59,093 bases of DNA from Actinomycetota bacterium (GTDB taxonomy: Bacteria > Actinomycetota > Acidimicrobiia > IMCC26256 > VFJJ01). Under the pieces are notes generated by a model that made no database searches, was not told the DNA's origin, and saw only the letters and a list, made by a program, of their open reading frames with translations. The DNA lies in NCBI GenBank assembly GCA_009886115.1, contig VFJJ01000142.1, forward strand, positions 1-59,093. The letters are read 5' to 3'. Below are positions 1-9,687 of this stretch, one piece after another. A program made the translations under genes and the position numbers. The first letter of the stretch is position 1, and each line of letters starts with the position of its first letter.

Positions 1-207
1 CCGGCGTCGTGTACGGAGGATGATCCGGAGGAGCACCGATCCGTCGATCCCGAGGTCTGCCGAGCCCGGCTGACCGCGGTGGTCATCGGTCGGTAACGGG
101 GACGAAACATGTCGCTGATCGACTGCGGCGATGAGCGTCTCGCGCACCAATGCCATCACGCTGTCGTCGACCGCCAGCACCGTGCTCGCGGCGCCCTCGG
201 CTGCCAC
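1..207 (-). CDS. Possible 5' part of a gene running off the left edge (weak receiver-like N-terminus)
   Basis: Open minus-strand frame from GTG at 207 to position 1: VAAEGAASTVLAVDDSVMALVRETL...; the TVLAVDD resemblance to REC beta1 is weak. Confidence 0.25.
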   Translation of the reverse strand, partial: MAAEGAASTVLAVDDSVMALVRETLIAAVDQRHVSSPLPTDDHRGQPGSADLGIDGSVLLRIILRTRRR

Positions 208-258
208 GCCTCGGTGGCCACCTCGATCTTCCTCTGACGAGCCCCACACCCCGCGTTC

Positions 259-299
259 TGTGTGCAGAAATCGTCGCCAGGCGACGATTTCTGCACACA
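259..299. repeat. REP-like intergenic palindrome, copy 1
   Basis: Perfect 20-bp arms tgtgtgcagaaatcgtcgcc / ggcgacgatttctgcacaca with a 1-nt spacer, 20 bp past the SDR stop; related copies near 15079, 29384 and 44728. Confidence 0.85.
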
Positions 300-319
300 T
301 TTGGTGGGGGTGGTGGCCC

Positions 320-1135
320 TCAGCCGCCGGCGGCCTTGGCGGCCTGGTCGCGGGCGTAGGCGATGGTGCCCTGGAGGTACTGGCCGACGTCGGGGAACTT
401 GTGGGCCACGACGTCGCCGAACCATGCGGGCACGTAGATCTCGAAGGTCCCCGTCTCGAGCTGGGTCATCACCGGCTCGACGATGTCGGCAACCGGGAGG
501 GGCTCGACGGGAGCGGTGAACGGGTCGTTGTCGGGGAGCTGGAACAAGGGGGTGTCGATCACGCCCGGGTTGACGAGATGCACCGAGACCCCGGTGCCGT
601 CGAGGTCGACCAGCATCCCTTCCGAGAACGCGGTGAGCGCCGCCTTGCTGGCCGAGTAGGCGGCCTCGGCCGGTGGGCTGAGACGGGCCGCGACCGACGA
701 GATGTTGAGGATGGCCGCCCCGCCCCGCTGCGGCGCCCGTTCGATCATGCGGGGAAGTAGCGCCAAGATGATGCGGACGGGCGACGAGTAGTTGATCGCC
801 ATCACGGTGTCGCACACGTCGCCGTCGAGCATCTGGACCTTGCGGCGCTTGGGGATCCCGGCGTTGTTCACGAGGATGTCGATGCCGCCGAGCTCGTCGT
901 CGGCCCGCAACGCGAAGTCGCCGACCGACGCCAGCGCGGCGAGGTCGACCGTCCAGCTCCGGTGCCCGCTCCCGTGGGCCGAGCAGCGCGCCAGCACCTC
1001 GGCCAGCTTGTCGGCCCGCCGGGCGCAGATGCCGACCGTGGCACCCCGGGCGGCGAACCCCTCGGCCAGCGCTGCGCCGATCCCCGACGACGCTCCCGTC
1101 ACCAACACCCGCTTGCCATCCAGTGTCATCGCCAT
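320..1135 (-). CDS. SDR family oxidoreductase
   Basis: TGASSGIG, NNAG, YSASK motifs. Confidence 0.93.
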   Translation of the reverse strand: MAMTLDGKRVLVTGASSGIGAALAEGFAARGATVGICARRADKLAEVLARCSAHGSGHRSWTVDLAALASVGDFALRADDELGGIDILVNNAGIPKRRKVQMLDGDVCDTVMAINYSSPVRIILALLPRMIERAPQRGGAAILNISSVAARLSPPAEAAYSASKAALTAFSEGMLVDLDGTGVSVHLVNPGVIDTPLFQLPDNDPFTAPVEPLPVADIVEPVMTQLETGTFEIYVPAWFGDVVAHKFPDVGQYLQGTIAYARDQAAKAAGG

Positions 1136-1221
1136 GGGCGTCGATGCTACGGAGTTGCTACGTTCCCGGCATCCCGGTTGCCCGCTGAGGCCCGGCTACC
1201 TCTCGCCAACCTCGGATGCGC

Positions 1222-2022
1222 ATGGCTCTCACACCGCAGGCGGCATCGCTCGAAGGGAAGGTGGCTGTCGTCACCGGAGCCGGCGTGGGGATCGGCCGAG
1301 CCATCGCCGAGACCTTCGCCAACTTCGGCGCCGACGTGGCCGTGTGCGACCGTGACCGGGCCAACCTCGACCTCACCGCTGCGGCGATCACAGCGGCGGG
1401 CCGGCAGGTGATCACCGGCGAGCTCGACGTGCGCGACAGGGAAGCGGTCGAGCTTCATGTGGCGCAAGTGGTCGAGCGTTTCGGGCGGATCGACGTGCTC
1501 GTGAACAACGCCGGGGGGACGTTCTTCTCGGCGTTCACCGACGTGAGCGCCCGGGGTCAGGAGTCACTCGTGCGCGAGAACTTCCACTCGGTGACGAATT
1601 TCGTGCGAGCCTGCGTGCCCCACATGCCCGAGGGAGGCTCGATCGTCAACGTCACCTCGATCGAGGCCCATCGGGCCGGGCCCGGATACGCCGTCTATTC
1701 CGCGATGAAGGCTGCGGTCACGAGCCTGACGCAAACCCTGGCTCTGGAGCTCGGGTCGCGATTCATCAGGGTCAACACCATCGCCCCCGATCACATCACC
1801 ACGCCGGGCGTCGGCGTGATGGGCCCGGCGAACGGCCTGCCCCGCCCGGGAACGGCCGACGACTGCGCTGGTGCCGCGGTCTTCCTGGCCAGCGATCTGA
1901 GCGCGTTCGTGACGGGATCGTCGGTGCATGTCGACGGCGGAAACCTGGCTGCCGGAGGCTGGCGCCGCAAGGGTGTTCTGACGTACGACGGCGTCGGGTT
2001 GGGCCCATCGTCACCCCAGTAG
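1222..2022 (+). CDS. SDR family oxidoreductase
   Basis: TGAGVGIG, NNAG, YSAMK, C-terminal VTG..VDGG. Confidence 0.93.
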   Translation: MALTPQAASLEGKVAVVTGAGVGIGRAIAETFANFGADVAVCDRDRANLDLTAAAITAAGRQVITGELDVRDREAVELHVAQVVERFGRIDVLVNNAGGTFFSAFTDVSARGQESLVRENFHSVTNFVRACVPHMPEGGSIVNVTSIEAHRAGPGYAVYSAMKAAVTSLTQTLALELGSRFIRVNTIAPDHITTPGVGVMGPANGLPRPGTADDCAGAAVFLASDLSAFVTGSSVHVDGGNLAAGGWRRKGVLTYDGVGLGPSSPQ

Positions 2023-2053
2023 TCAACACGTGAATACCGAGCGGAGTCAGACC

Positions 2054-2926
2054 ATGAGCGACAGCGAAACCAGGGGTACCAGCGGGGTGAAGTTCGGCGT
2101 GGCCCTGGGGGCCCTGAACCCGGCCTTCCACGTCGAGATCACCCTGCTGGCCGAGGAGCTCGGCTTCGAGTCGGTGTGGATGCCCGAGCACCTCGTGCTG
2201 CCCGTCGCGATGGCCGGTTCGCCGCACGAGGGCGAGGAGCATCCTCCCGTCCCCCCGACGACCCCGGTGTACGACTGCTTCGGATACCTGTGCTACCTGG
2301 CCGGGCGCACGTCGCGGATCCGGCTGGGCTCGCACGTGTACAACCTCGGGCTGCGCCATCCGTTCATCGCGGCACGGGCGATCACGACGCTCGACGTGAT
2401 GTCGGGGGGACGGGCCGAGATCGGCATCGGCGCGAGCTGGCTCGAGAGCGAATGGACGGCCGTCGGGCTCGACTTCGCGACCCGCGGTCGGCGGGTCGAC
2501 GAGAACCTGGCCGTGTGCAAGCGCCTCTGGACCGAGGAGGTGGTCGAGCACCACGGCGAGTTCTCCGACTTCGGCCCGGTCATGTTCGAGCCCAAGCCGA
2601 CCACGAAGCCTCATCCGGCCATCCACGTCGGCGGCGAGTCGGGCGCGGCGCTGCGCAGAGCCGCCCGAGACGGCGACGGTTGGATCGGGATGACCAACAC
2701 GCTCGAATCGGTGGCCGCGCCCGTCGCTCAGCTGCGGGCGTTGCGCGACCGGTACGGGACGGCCGGGAACCGCTTCGAGGTCACCGTGGGCGGCCCGGTC
2801 ACGTCGCACGACGATCTGGCTCGTTGGCGCGACGCGGGTGTCGACCGGCTGGTCGTGTCGCCCTGGAGGCGTTCCCGCGAGGCGGTCGAGGGCCTGAAGG
2901 CCTTCGCCGAGCTCGTCTACGGGTGA
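2054..2926 (+). CDS. LLM-class (probably F420-dependent) oxidoreductase
   Basis: AEELGFESVWMPEH, RIRLG, LRHPF, TLDVMSGGR, IHVGGES..ALRRAA; GGAG upstream of ATG 2054. Confidence 0.9.
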   Translation: MSDSETRGTSGVKFGVALGALNPAFHVEITLLAEELGFESVWMPEHLVLPVAMAGSPHEGEEHPPVPPTTPVYDCFGYLCYLAGRTSRIRLGSHVYNLGLRHPFIAARAITTLDVMSGGRAEIGIGASWLESEWTAVGLDFATRGRRVDENLAVCKRLWTEEVVEHHGEFSDFGPVMFEPKPTTKPHPAIHVGGESGAALRRAARDGDGWIGMTNTLESVAAPVAQLRALRDRYGTAGNRFEVTVGGPVTSHDDLARWRDAGVDRLVVSPWRRSREAVEGLKAFAELVYG

Positions 2927-2988
2927 CAGAGCCCCGACACACCGAGACCCCGACACACCGAGACCCCGACACGCCGAGACCCCGATGT
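2926..2988. repeat. 16-bp tandem repeat (accgagaccccgacac, about 4 copies)
   Basis: Exact units at 2941-2956 and 2957-2972 with degenerate flanking units. Confidence 0.85.
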
Positions 2989-3038
2989 GCCGACACGGAC
3001 TCCACGAGGCTTCCGAGGTTCGGGGATACGGTGACGGG

Positions 3039-3893
3039 GTGATCTCGGTGGTGGTTCCGGCGCGCAACGCAGCGGGTGTGATCGAGGGCCAGTTGGCTGC
3101 CCTTGCTGCGCAGGTCGTCGCCGAGCCGTGGGAGGTGATCGTCGCCGACAACGGCTCCACCGACGACACCGCCGCCGTGGTGGCGGCCTGGGCCGACCGG
3201 CTGCCGGTGCGGGTCGTCGACGCCTCCCTGCGTGCGGGGGTCAACTACGCCCGCAACACCGGGGCCGGTGCTGCGCTCGGCGACCGGGTGTTGTTCTGCG
3301 ATGCCGACGACGAGGTCGAGTCGGGCTGGGTGAGTGCGCTCGCCGGTGGGCTCCGGGACCACGATGGCGTGGGCGGGCGGATCGATCGGCGACGGTTCAC
3401 CGACGTCTCCCGCCAGCGCCAGGGCCTCGTCGTGTCTGACGGGCTCACGCCATGGCCCGGCTACCTGTCATTCGTCACCGGCGCGAACTGCGGCATCCGG
3501 GCCGAGGTGCTCGCGGCGCTCGGAGGCTTCGACGAGGAGTTCTCCAACGGGGGCGACGACGTCGAGATCTCGTGGCGCCTGCAACTCGCTGGGTACGGTC
3601 TGGGCTTCGTGCCCGAAGCGGTGGTGCACTACCGCGAGCGCACCCACGGACGGGCCGCGGCCAAGCAGTCCTACGGCTATGGCCGCCAGGATCCCCATCT
3701 CCACCGCCGGTTCGAGGCCCACGGGATGCCCGGCTCAGGGATCGTCCAAGGGCTCAGGAGCTGGGGCCATCTGCTCGTGCGGGCCCCGAGCTACGTCCGG
3801 ACACCGGCGGGACGGGCCCAGTGGATTCGGAGCGCCAGCCGGCGTGCGGGCCGTATCGCGGGCAGCGTCGCCCACCGGAACCTGTACCTCTGA
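3039..3893 (+). CDS. Glycosyltransferase family 2
   Basis: ISVVVPARN, VADNGSTDDT, ARNTG, FCDADD (DxD), GGFDE, DDVEISWR. Confidence 0.92.
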   Translation: MISVVVPARNAAGVIEGQLAALAAQVVAEPWEVIVADNGSTDDTAAVVAAWADRLPVRVVDASLRAGVNYARNTGAGAALGDRVLFCDADDEVESGWVSALAGGLRDHDGVGGRIDRRRFTDVSRQRQGLVVSDGLTPWPGYLSFVTGANCGIRAEVLAALGGFDEEFSNGGDDVEISWRLQLAGYGLGFVPEAVVHYRERTHGRAAAKQSYGYGRQDPHLHRRFEAHGMPGSGIVQGLRSWGHLLVRAPSYVRTPAGRAQWIRSASRRAGRIAGSVAHRNLYL

Positions 3894-3908
3894 CACGGTG
3901 GTTCGCGA

Positions 3909-5393
3909 TCAGACGAGAGCGGGTCGCGGGTGTCCGTCGATCGCCGCCAACTCGATGCCCAGCCGCGCAGCGATCGTGGGCGCCAGGTCGACGACGTCGA
4001 TCGGGGCCGAACGCGGACCGGGCTCGACCCCGGGCGCTCGCAGCAGCGCCAGGCCGGAGGGGCGATGATCGCCGGAACGGATCCCCTGGTACGACCCACG
4101 CAGCACGCCGACGAGCGGTGAGCGGGCGCTGGTGATCGGGCCATCGCGGCGCCAGTCGACGAGCAGGTCGGGAAGGTCGTCTCGCATCTCGCCCGGGTAC
4201 AGGTCGTCGACGCGCAACACCCTCCGCACGAGGGGTTGGCCGGTGTCGGCGTCCTCGAGCTCGAGGAACCGCTCGCTCAACCAGCTCAGGAGCTCTTCGC
4301 TCTCGGGTCCGGGAGCCACCCGGCCCCGAGGCTCCCGTCCGATCAGGTTGAGCCGCACCGCGCCGAAGAGCTCGTTGTTGGGGATGGGATACACGCGGCG
4401 GGAACCGTCGACGCTCGTGGTCCGCGACGGCGGGTCGCCGGGCCGTCGCCACCGTGAGGCCTCCCGGCGAATCCTGTCGACACGGCGCCGGGCGATCTCG
4501 GCCACGCGGCGGCTGATCGGGGCCCGTCCCGATGCCATGTCGAGGCGCCTCACGATCTCGGCGAAGAGATGATCGCCGTCGTGGTGGGGTCCGATGCCGT
4601 GGCTCAGGAGCACCAGCACCGGGGTGTCGGCGTCGACGGCGTCGATGAGCCGGCCCAGCTCGCGATCGAGTGCCTCGTAGGTGGACTCGAGTGGATCACC
4701 GACTCGAGCGACCAACCCGGGGTCGTGGTCGGGCCAGGTGGGATCGTGCAGGCCCCAGAACTGGTGCCCGGCACAGTGCGACTCGCCGTACACGACGAGG
4801 AACAGGTCCCACGGCTCCCGGGCGAGGAGCTCGAGGCACATGTCGGTCTTGACGACCATCCCCTGGGCCAGGCGATCGCGCAGCTCGGCGTGCTCGCCGC
4901 GCCGCATGTAGCTGTCGCAGCTCCCCTGCACCGGATGGGCGCCGTGGCGGCTCACCAGGTCGTCGCCCAGCGGGCCGGGCGACCACGCGCGAGGGAGCAT
5001 GCGATCGTGTGTGCCCCACTCGATGACCTGCAGGCCGTTGATGTCAGCGGTGAGCGAGCTCAGCGGTGCGTCGAACACGCACACTCGGCGACCCTGGCGT
5101 GACAGCGTGCTCCAGAACGGGGTCGGCGTGATGTCGTTGGGCGTCCGGCGGGCGATCTCGTAGGTGCCGTTCACGAACTGGCGGAAGCAGTAGAAGCCGT
5201 GGCGACCCGGCCAGCGCCCGGTGGCGAACGAGGGCCAGACCGCGCCGACGACGATGCCGTCGGGATTCGTGGTCGGCGCCCAGGCCGACTTCGTGAGCAG
5301 CCGAGCCAGGGACGGCATGCGGCCCTCCCCGGCCAGCCGCCGGGCGAGGCCGGCGTCCATGGCGTCGAGGCCGATCACGAGCATCCCGGTCAT
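3909..5393 (-). CDS. Alkaline phosphatase superfamily protein (type I phosphodiesterase / nucleotide pyrophosphatase-like)
   Basis: VIGLDAMD, WPSFATG..PGRHG, HCAGHQFW, LSHG, GDHRP, DLAPTI. Confidence 0.85.
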   Translation of the reverse strand: MTGMLVIGLDAMDAGLARRLAGEGRMPSLARLLTKSAWAPTTNPDGIVVGAVWPSFATGRWPGRHGFYCFRQFVNGTYEIARRTPNDITPTPFWSTLSRQGRRVCVFDAPLSSLTADINGLQVIEWGTHDRMLPRAWSPGPLGDDLVSRHGAHPVQGSCDSYMRRGEHAELRDRLAQGMVVKTDMCLELLAREPWDLFLVVYGESHCAGHQFWGLHDPTWPDHDPGLVARVGDPLESTYEALDRELGRLIDAVDADTPVLVLLSHGIGPHHDGDHLFAEIVRRLDMASGRAPISRRVAEIARRRVDRIRREASRWRRPGDPPSRTTSVDGSRRVYPIPNNELFGAVRLNLIGREPRGRVAPGPESEELLSWLSERFLELEDADTGQPLVRRVLRVDDLYPGEMRDDLPDLLVDWRRDGPITSARSPLVGVLRGSYQGIRSGDHRPSGLALLRAPGVEPGPRSAPIDVVDLAPTIAARLGIELAAIDGHPRPALV

Positions 5394-5478
5394 CCCTGTC
5401 CCCAGATGCCTGTCATCCCGACTCCCTTGTCATCGCGACGCACTGGCGTCCCGGCTCCGCGTCACGAGCGAGTCGCGG

Positions 5479-6438
5479 TCATCTCCGAGTTCCGACATCG
5501 CGATCGGGGTGGGGGCCGTGCCGTCGCCCACGAGCTCCCGGCGTGGTCGAGGCCCATCGCGCCACGGTCGCGCGGCCGATGTGCACGACCGTCCGCAACC
5601 TGGGGCGGGTTCGAAACGACCCCAGGAACAACGCCTGCGCGTGCACGGGATCGCCGGTGGTCAGCGCCATCAGCCCGGCCCGGCACAATCGGAAGGCCCG
5701 AGCCCGGGGATGGGCCGCGAACCAGACCGACTGCTCGTCCATGAAGGCCAGGCTCTCACGGACCCTGACGTCGAGGCCGTTTCCCGAACGCACACCCTGG
5801 TGCAGGCGCACGAGGTATCCGACCCGGTCGTCGGTCGTCACCGGGCTGCGCTGGGCCGTGCGCCACCACCATTCGACGTCCTCCAGCGCTCGCCAGCGCT
5901 CGTCGAAGCGGGACATCACCGTTCGCCGAACCATGGTGGCGCCGAGGCTCGGCGTGAAGCCGTCGAGGATGGTCTCCGCGACGTTGCCTTCAAGTCGGCG
6001 GTGCCGACCGGTCGGGTCGTGGAGGTAGCGCGTGCCGCACACGGCGATCGGACCTCGCCCCAACCCGTCGAGGCCGATGGCGAGACGGTCCGGGCTGAAC
6101 AGGTCGTCGTCGTCGAGAAAGGCGAGCACGTCGCCACGGGAGGCGTCGATCCCGGCGTTGCGAGCCCGAGCCGGGCCCGGATCGCCGTCGAGCCTCAGGA
6201 GCCTGATCCGGGGATCCTCGGGAACCCGTGCCGGGGGATCGGATGCGCTGTCGACGACGATGAGCTCCCAGCCGTCGACCGTCTGCGCCTGCACCGACTC
6301 GATCGCCAGTGCCAGCAGGGCGGGGCGATTGCGGGTGGGGAGGATCACGGTGATCCGGCACGCGTGTGCCTCGGGTGGCCCCATGCTGTTCCTCTGCCCG
6401 GTCACGCGTACATCCAAGCACGGCTGTGCGGCGGTCAT
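5479..6438 (-). CDS. Glycosyltransferase family 2
   Basis: ITVILPTRNR, ELIVVDSAS, ARNAG, FLDDDD, FDE..EDVEW; start codon uncertain. Confidence 0.9.
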   Translation of the reverse strand: MTAAQPCLDVRVTGQRNSMGPPEAHACRITVILPTRNRPALLALAIESVQAQTVDGWELIVVDSASDPPARVPEDPRIRLLRLDGDPGPARARNAGIDASRGDVLAFLDDDDLFSPDRLAIGLDGLGRGPIAVCGTRYLHDPTGRHRRLEGNVAETILDGFTPSLGATMVRRTVMSRFDERWRALEDVEWWWRTAQRSPVTTDDRVGYLVRLHQGVRSGNGLDVRVRESLAFMDEQSVWFAAHPRARAFRLCRAGLMALTTGDPVHAQALFLGSFRTRPRLRTVVHIGRATVARWASTTPGARGRRHGPHPDRDVGTRR

Positions 6439-7884
6439 CTACATCCCCACCCGCCAACGGGCGTGCAGGATCACGTTCGGGTCGTCGGTGACGGCGATCT
6501 CGGAGACTCGTCGGCCGTGATGCTCCCACTGGGCGGCGAGCGAGGCCGCCCGGCTCGCGGGCACCTCCACGAGGAGCTCGTGGGCATCGGAGGTCACCAG
6601 CAGATGCACGACCGTGTCGTTCCACTGGGCCGTCGTGTGCCCGATCGCCACGATGACGTCGGCGCCCGATCGGAGCGCCGCGGCAGCCGCCGGGGCGAAC
6701 GGATCGGCGGCCCGGGTGGTGACGGCGTCGAGCTGGAAGGACTCGGCCAGGGCCGCGGCGGCGGCGATGCGATGGCCGGTGGGCGCAACGACGAGGGACG
6801 CCGCGGCACCCTCCATGCGGGCGAAGGTGGCCGCGAAACCGGCGTCGGGCCCCAGGTCGATGACGTGGCGACCCGACCAGGAGACGTGGGTTCGTACTCG
6901 CTCCCAGGTGGTCTCCCAACCCCGGTGCCCGATCCCGTGCAACCCGACGAGCTCGAAGCCCCACGGCTCGCTGGCTTCGGAAGCGGATCGATCGGTCGCG
7001 CCGAGCTCCCACACGTTGCCGAGCTCGAGCAGGCCGGTGATCTGGCGATCGATCCACGCTTTGTGCTTGACGACGCTCCGTCGCTCGCCCCGCTCGAGGC
7101 GGCGCTGCCACCGTCGGGCGTAGATCCGAGCGAGCGGGCCCGTCGGATGCCGAGCCAGCACCACCGAGCGCACGAGGTTCCTGAACGCCACGGGTGTGCG
7201 GTTGGGCCCGACACCCAGCACGTCACAGGCCAGCGCTCGCAGCCGGGATGCGCGCTGCGCCCGTCCGAAGTCGAGGATGTTCGCGTGCCCGTCGGGGCCC
7301 ACGATGATGTTCCCCACGCTGATGTCGCCGTGGGCCACGCCGGCCAGGTTCGTCCGCACGATCGCGGCGAGCGCCCGGAGGAGTGACACCTCGTTGCCTC
7401 GACCCAGGCCCAGGAGCCGATCGATGGTCTCGCCCTCGATCACCGGGATCCGCAGCATCTCCCAGTCGCCGTCGACCATGGTGTGCGTCGTGGCCAGACC
7501 GGTGCCCCGGATGTGCTCGGCGAGATGACGAGCGACCGCGTGCTCCCTCGTGAGGCCGGCGCCGAGCTTCAGGTGGGCGGCGGGTGTGTGCCGGTAGACC
7601 TTGACGATCTGGCGACCGTCGCGAAAGACCCGTCGTTCGCCGTCGTGCCAGCTCACCGAGATCAGCTCGGCCTTGGGCAGGTGACGTTCCTGGAACCCGC
7701 GCCAGGCCAGGGTGCGCTCGAGGTATTCGGAACGGACGGTTCTGGCGTGCGCGCCCGCTGCCGGCTGCGACGGCTGCGATGAGCCCCTCCCCGGCGCCCT
7801 GTCACGCTCCAGATCGGGCTCCCGGACCAGCGTGGGGCTGGCGGTGACGGGTGCCGTACGGCCGGCTCGTTCCTTCTGGCGCAT
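6439..7884 (-). CDS. Protein-kinase-like (RIO/Kdo-type) domain fused to a SAM-methyltransferase-like domain
   Basis: N-half IVKVY, REH, HGDISVGN, ILDFG; C-half GRHVIDLGPDAG resembles class I MTase motif I. Confidence 0.72.
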   Translation of the reverse strand: MRQKERAGRTAPVTASPTLVREPDLERDRAPGRGSSQPSQPAAGAHARTVRSEYLERTLAWRGFQERHLPKAELISVSWHDGERRVFRDGRQIVKVYRHTPAAHLKLGAGLTREHAVARHLAEHIRGTGLATTHTMVDGDWEMLRIPVIEGETIDRLLGLGRGNEVSLLRALAAIVRTNLAGVAHGDISVGNIIVGPDGHANILDFGRAQRASRLRALACDVLGVGPNRTPVAFRNLVRSVVLARHPTGPLARIYARRWQRRLERGERRSVVKHKAWIDRQITGLLELGNVWELGATDRSASEASEPWGFELVGLHGIGHRGWETTWERVRTHVSWSGRHVIDLGPDAGFAATFARMEGAAASLVVAPTGHRIAAAAALAESFQLDAVTTRAADPFAPAAAAALRSGADVIVAIGHTTAQWNDTVVHLLVTSDAHELLVEVPASRAASLAAQWEHHGRRVSEIAVTDDPNVILHARWRVGM

Positions 7885-7971
7885 TCGGTGTCAATCGACC
7901 AGATCGCCCCATGACTTGAGCGATCGTGCCCCCGGCTCGGACCCCACAGCGCTCGTCAACGGTCCAGTTCG

Positions 7972-9687
7972 TCAGCCCCGAAGCACCGCTCCCGGGAGCG
8001 CTCCCGTGTGACGGCCGTCTCGCAGCATTGCGACGCCGTTGACGTACGTCGCGACGTAGCCTCTGGCGTCGACGACGAGGCGACCGGAATCGGCGGGGAG
8101 GTCGACGACCCACCGGGGATCGCCCGCCGCCAGGCGCGGGCGGTCGATGACGTTGATGTCGGCCCAGGAGCCCGGTCGAAGGGCACCGCGATCGCGAATC
8201 CCGTGGATCGTGGCCGGGATCGACGAGAGGCGGGCGACGGCCTGCTCGATGCTCAGCACGCCCGATGGCACCCATTCGCTCAGCAGCCGGGTCGGGTAGT
8301 CGGCCCCGACGAACGAGGCGAGATGGGCTCCGCCATCGGATGACCCGGCCATCACCAGCGGATGGCGGATGAGGATCTCGAGCGCCTCCTGACGGTCGCG
8401 AGACACCGGGGCGTTGAGTGTGAACACCGTCTCCAGGTTCTCGTCGAGCGACACGTCGAGATAGCAGTCGAAGGGGTCCTGGCCGCCCCGCTGGGCTGCG
8501 AGCTGCGGGACGGTCAGCCCCACCCAATGACCGTGCCGCTCGGGATCGGCGACCGACGCGCAACACACGATGTCCCACACGAACGAGAACGCCCGGCCGG
8601 TCGGATCGGCCAGCTCGGTGCGCATCTGCTCGCGCACGACGACATCGCGGAGCCGCTGCGAGCGCTCGGGCTCGGGCAGGCACAACGTGTCGCGCCAGGT
8701 CGGCATCTCGTCGTAGAGGAACGTGCTCCCGAGCGCGAAGAACACGCCCTGCTTGTTCGCGGCGAACATCGGGAAGATGCGGAGCCCGTCGCGTTGGGCC
8801 TCCTCGGCGAACGCCAGCGAGTCGCTCCAGCCGTTGGGGGCGTTGTGCATCCGCGTGAGCGTGTTGAGGTTCACCGGCTTGCCCGAGACCTCGGCCATGC
8901 GCCGGATGAGCGCTCGGTCGGAGGCGTCGTAGCCCACGAGGAACGTGCGGGGGATGAACTCGATCGCCCCGTGGTCGAACTCGGCGAGCACGGCCGCCAG
9001 GGCCACGATCTCGTCGGGCGCGGCCAGGTTCGACGGCACGGGTCGGCCGTCGTGCGCTTGATGGATGTCGAGTTGACTCGACGTGAAACCCATCGCTCCC
9101 TCGGCCATGGCGCTCCGCACGAGCGCGGCCATGGCCGTGGTCTCGTCGTCGGTCGCGACGCGCTCCTGGGCCTCGTCGCCCATCACCATGCGCCGCACGG
9201 CCGAGTGACCCACGTTGAATCCGGCGTTGACCCCGATACGCCCGTCGAGTCCGGCCATGAGATCGCCGACACCGCCACCCTCGAAGTCGACGCCGGCCTG
9301 CAGGGCTGCCGCGGGCATGCCCTCGACCCGGCTGAGCATCTGCAGCAACCACCCGACGTCGTCGGGTGTCGCCGGCGCGATCGTGAACCCGCAGTTGCCC
9401 GTGAGCAGCGTGGTGACGCCGTGCCACGAGGCCGGCGAGCACGTGGGCTCGAAGTGGAGCTGGGCGTCGTAGTGGGTGTGGATGTCGACGAAGCCGGGGG
9501 TGACGAGAAGGCCCTCGGCGTCGAGCACCTCGACCGCGGCCGCTCGCTCGGCTCCGGTGACCCGCCCGATCTTGGCGATGCGCCCGTCGCGCACGGCGAC
9601 ATCGGCGATGTACGACGGCAGGCCGGTGCCGTCGACGACCGTCCCGCGGGTGACGACGAGGTCGAACGGGGCCGGGCGGTCGCTCAC
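7972..9687 (-). CDS. N-acyl-D-amino-acid deacylase family amidohydrolase
   Basis: GTVVDGTG, PGFVDIHTHYD, HGVTT..GNCG, SDGGAH, ADINVID; GTG start overlaps the upstream TGA (GTGA). Confidence 0.9.
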   Translation of the reverse strand: MSDRPAPFDLVVTRGTVVDGTGLPSYIADVAVRDGRIAKIGRVTGAERAAAVEVLDAEGLLVTPGFVDIHTHYDAQLHFEPTCSPASWHGVTTLLTGNCGFTIAPATPDDVGWLLQMLSRVEGMPAAALQAGVDFEGGGVGDLMAGLDGRIGVNAGFNVGHSAVRRMVMGDEAQERVATDDETTAMAALVRSAMAEGAMGFTSSQLDIHQAHDGRPVPSNLAAPDEIVALAAVLAEFDHGAIEFIPRTFLVGYDASDRALIRRMAEVSGKPVNLNTLTRMHNAPNGWSDSLAFAEEAQRDGLRIFPMFAANKQGVFFALGSTFLYDEMPTWRDTLCLPEPERSQRLRDVVVREQMRTELADPTGRAFSFVWDIVCCASVADPERHGHWVGLTVPQLAAQRGGQDPFDCYLDVSLDENLETVFTLNAPVSRDRQEALEILIRHPLVMAGSSDGGAHLASFVGADYPTRLLSEWVPSGVLSIEQAVARLSSIPATIHGIRDRGALRPGSWADINVIDRPRLAAGDPRWVVDLPADSGRLVVDARGYVATYVNGVAMLRDGRHTGALPGAVLRG

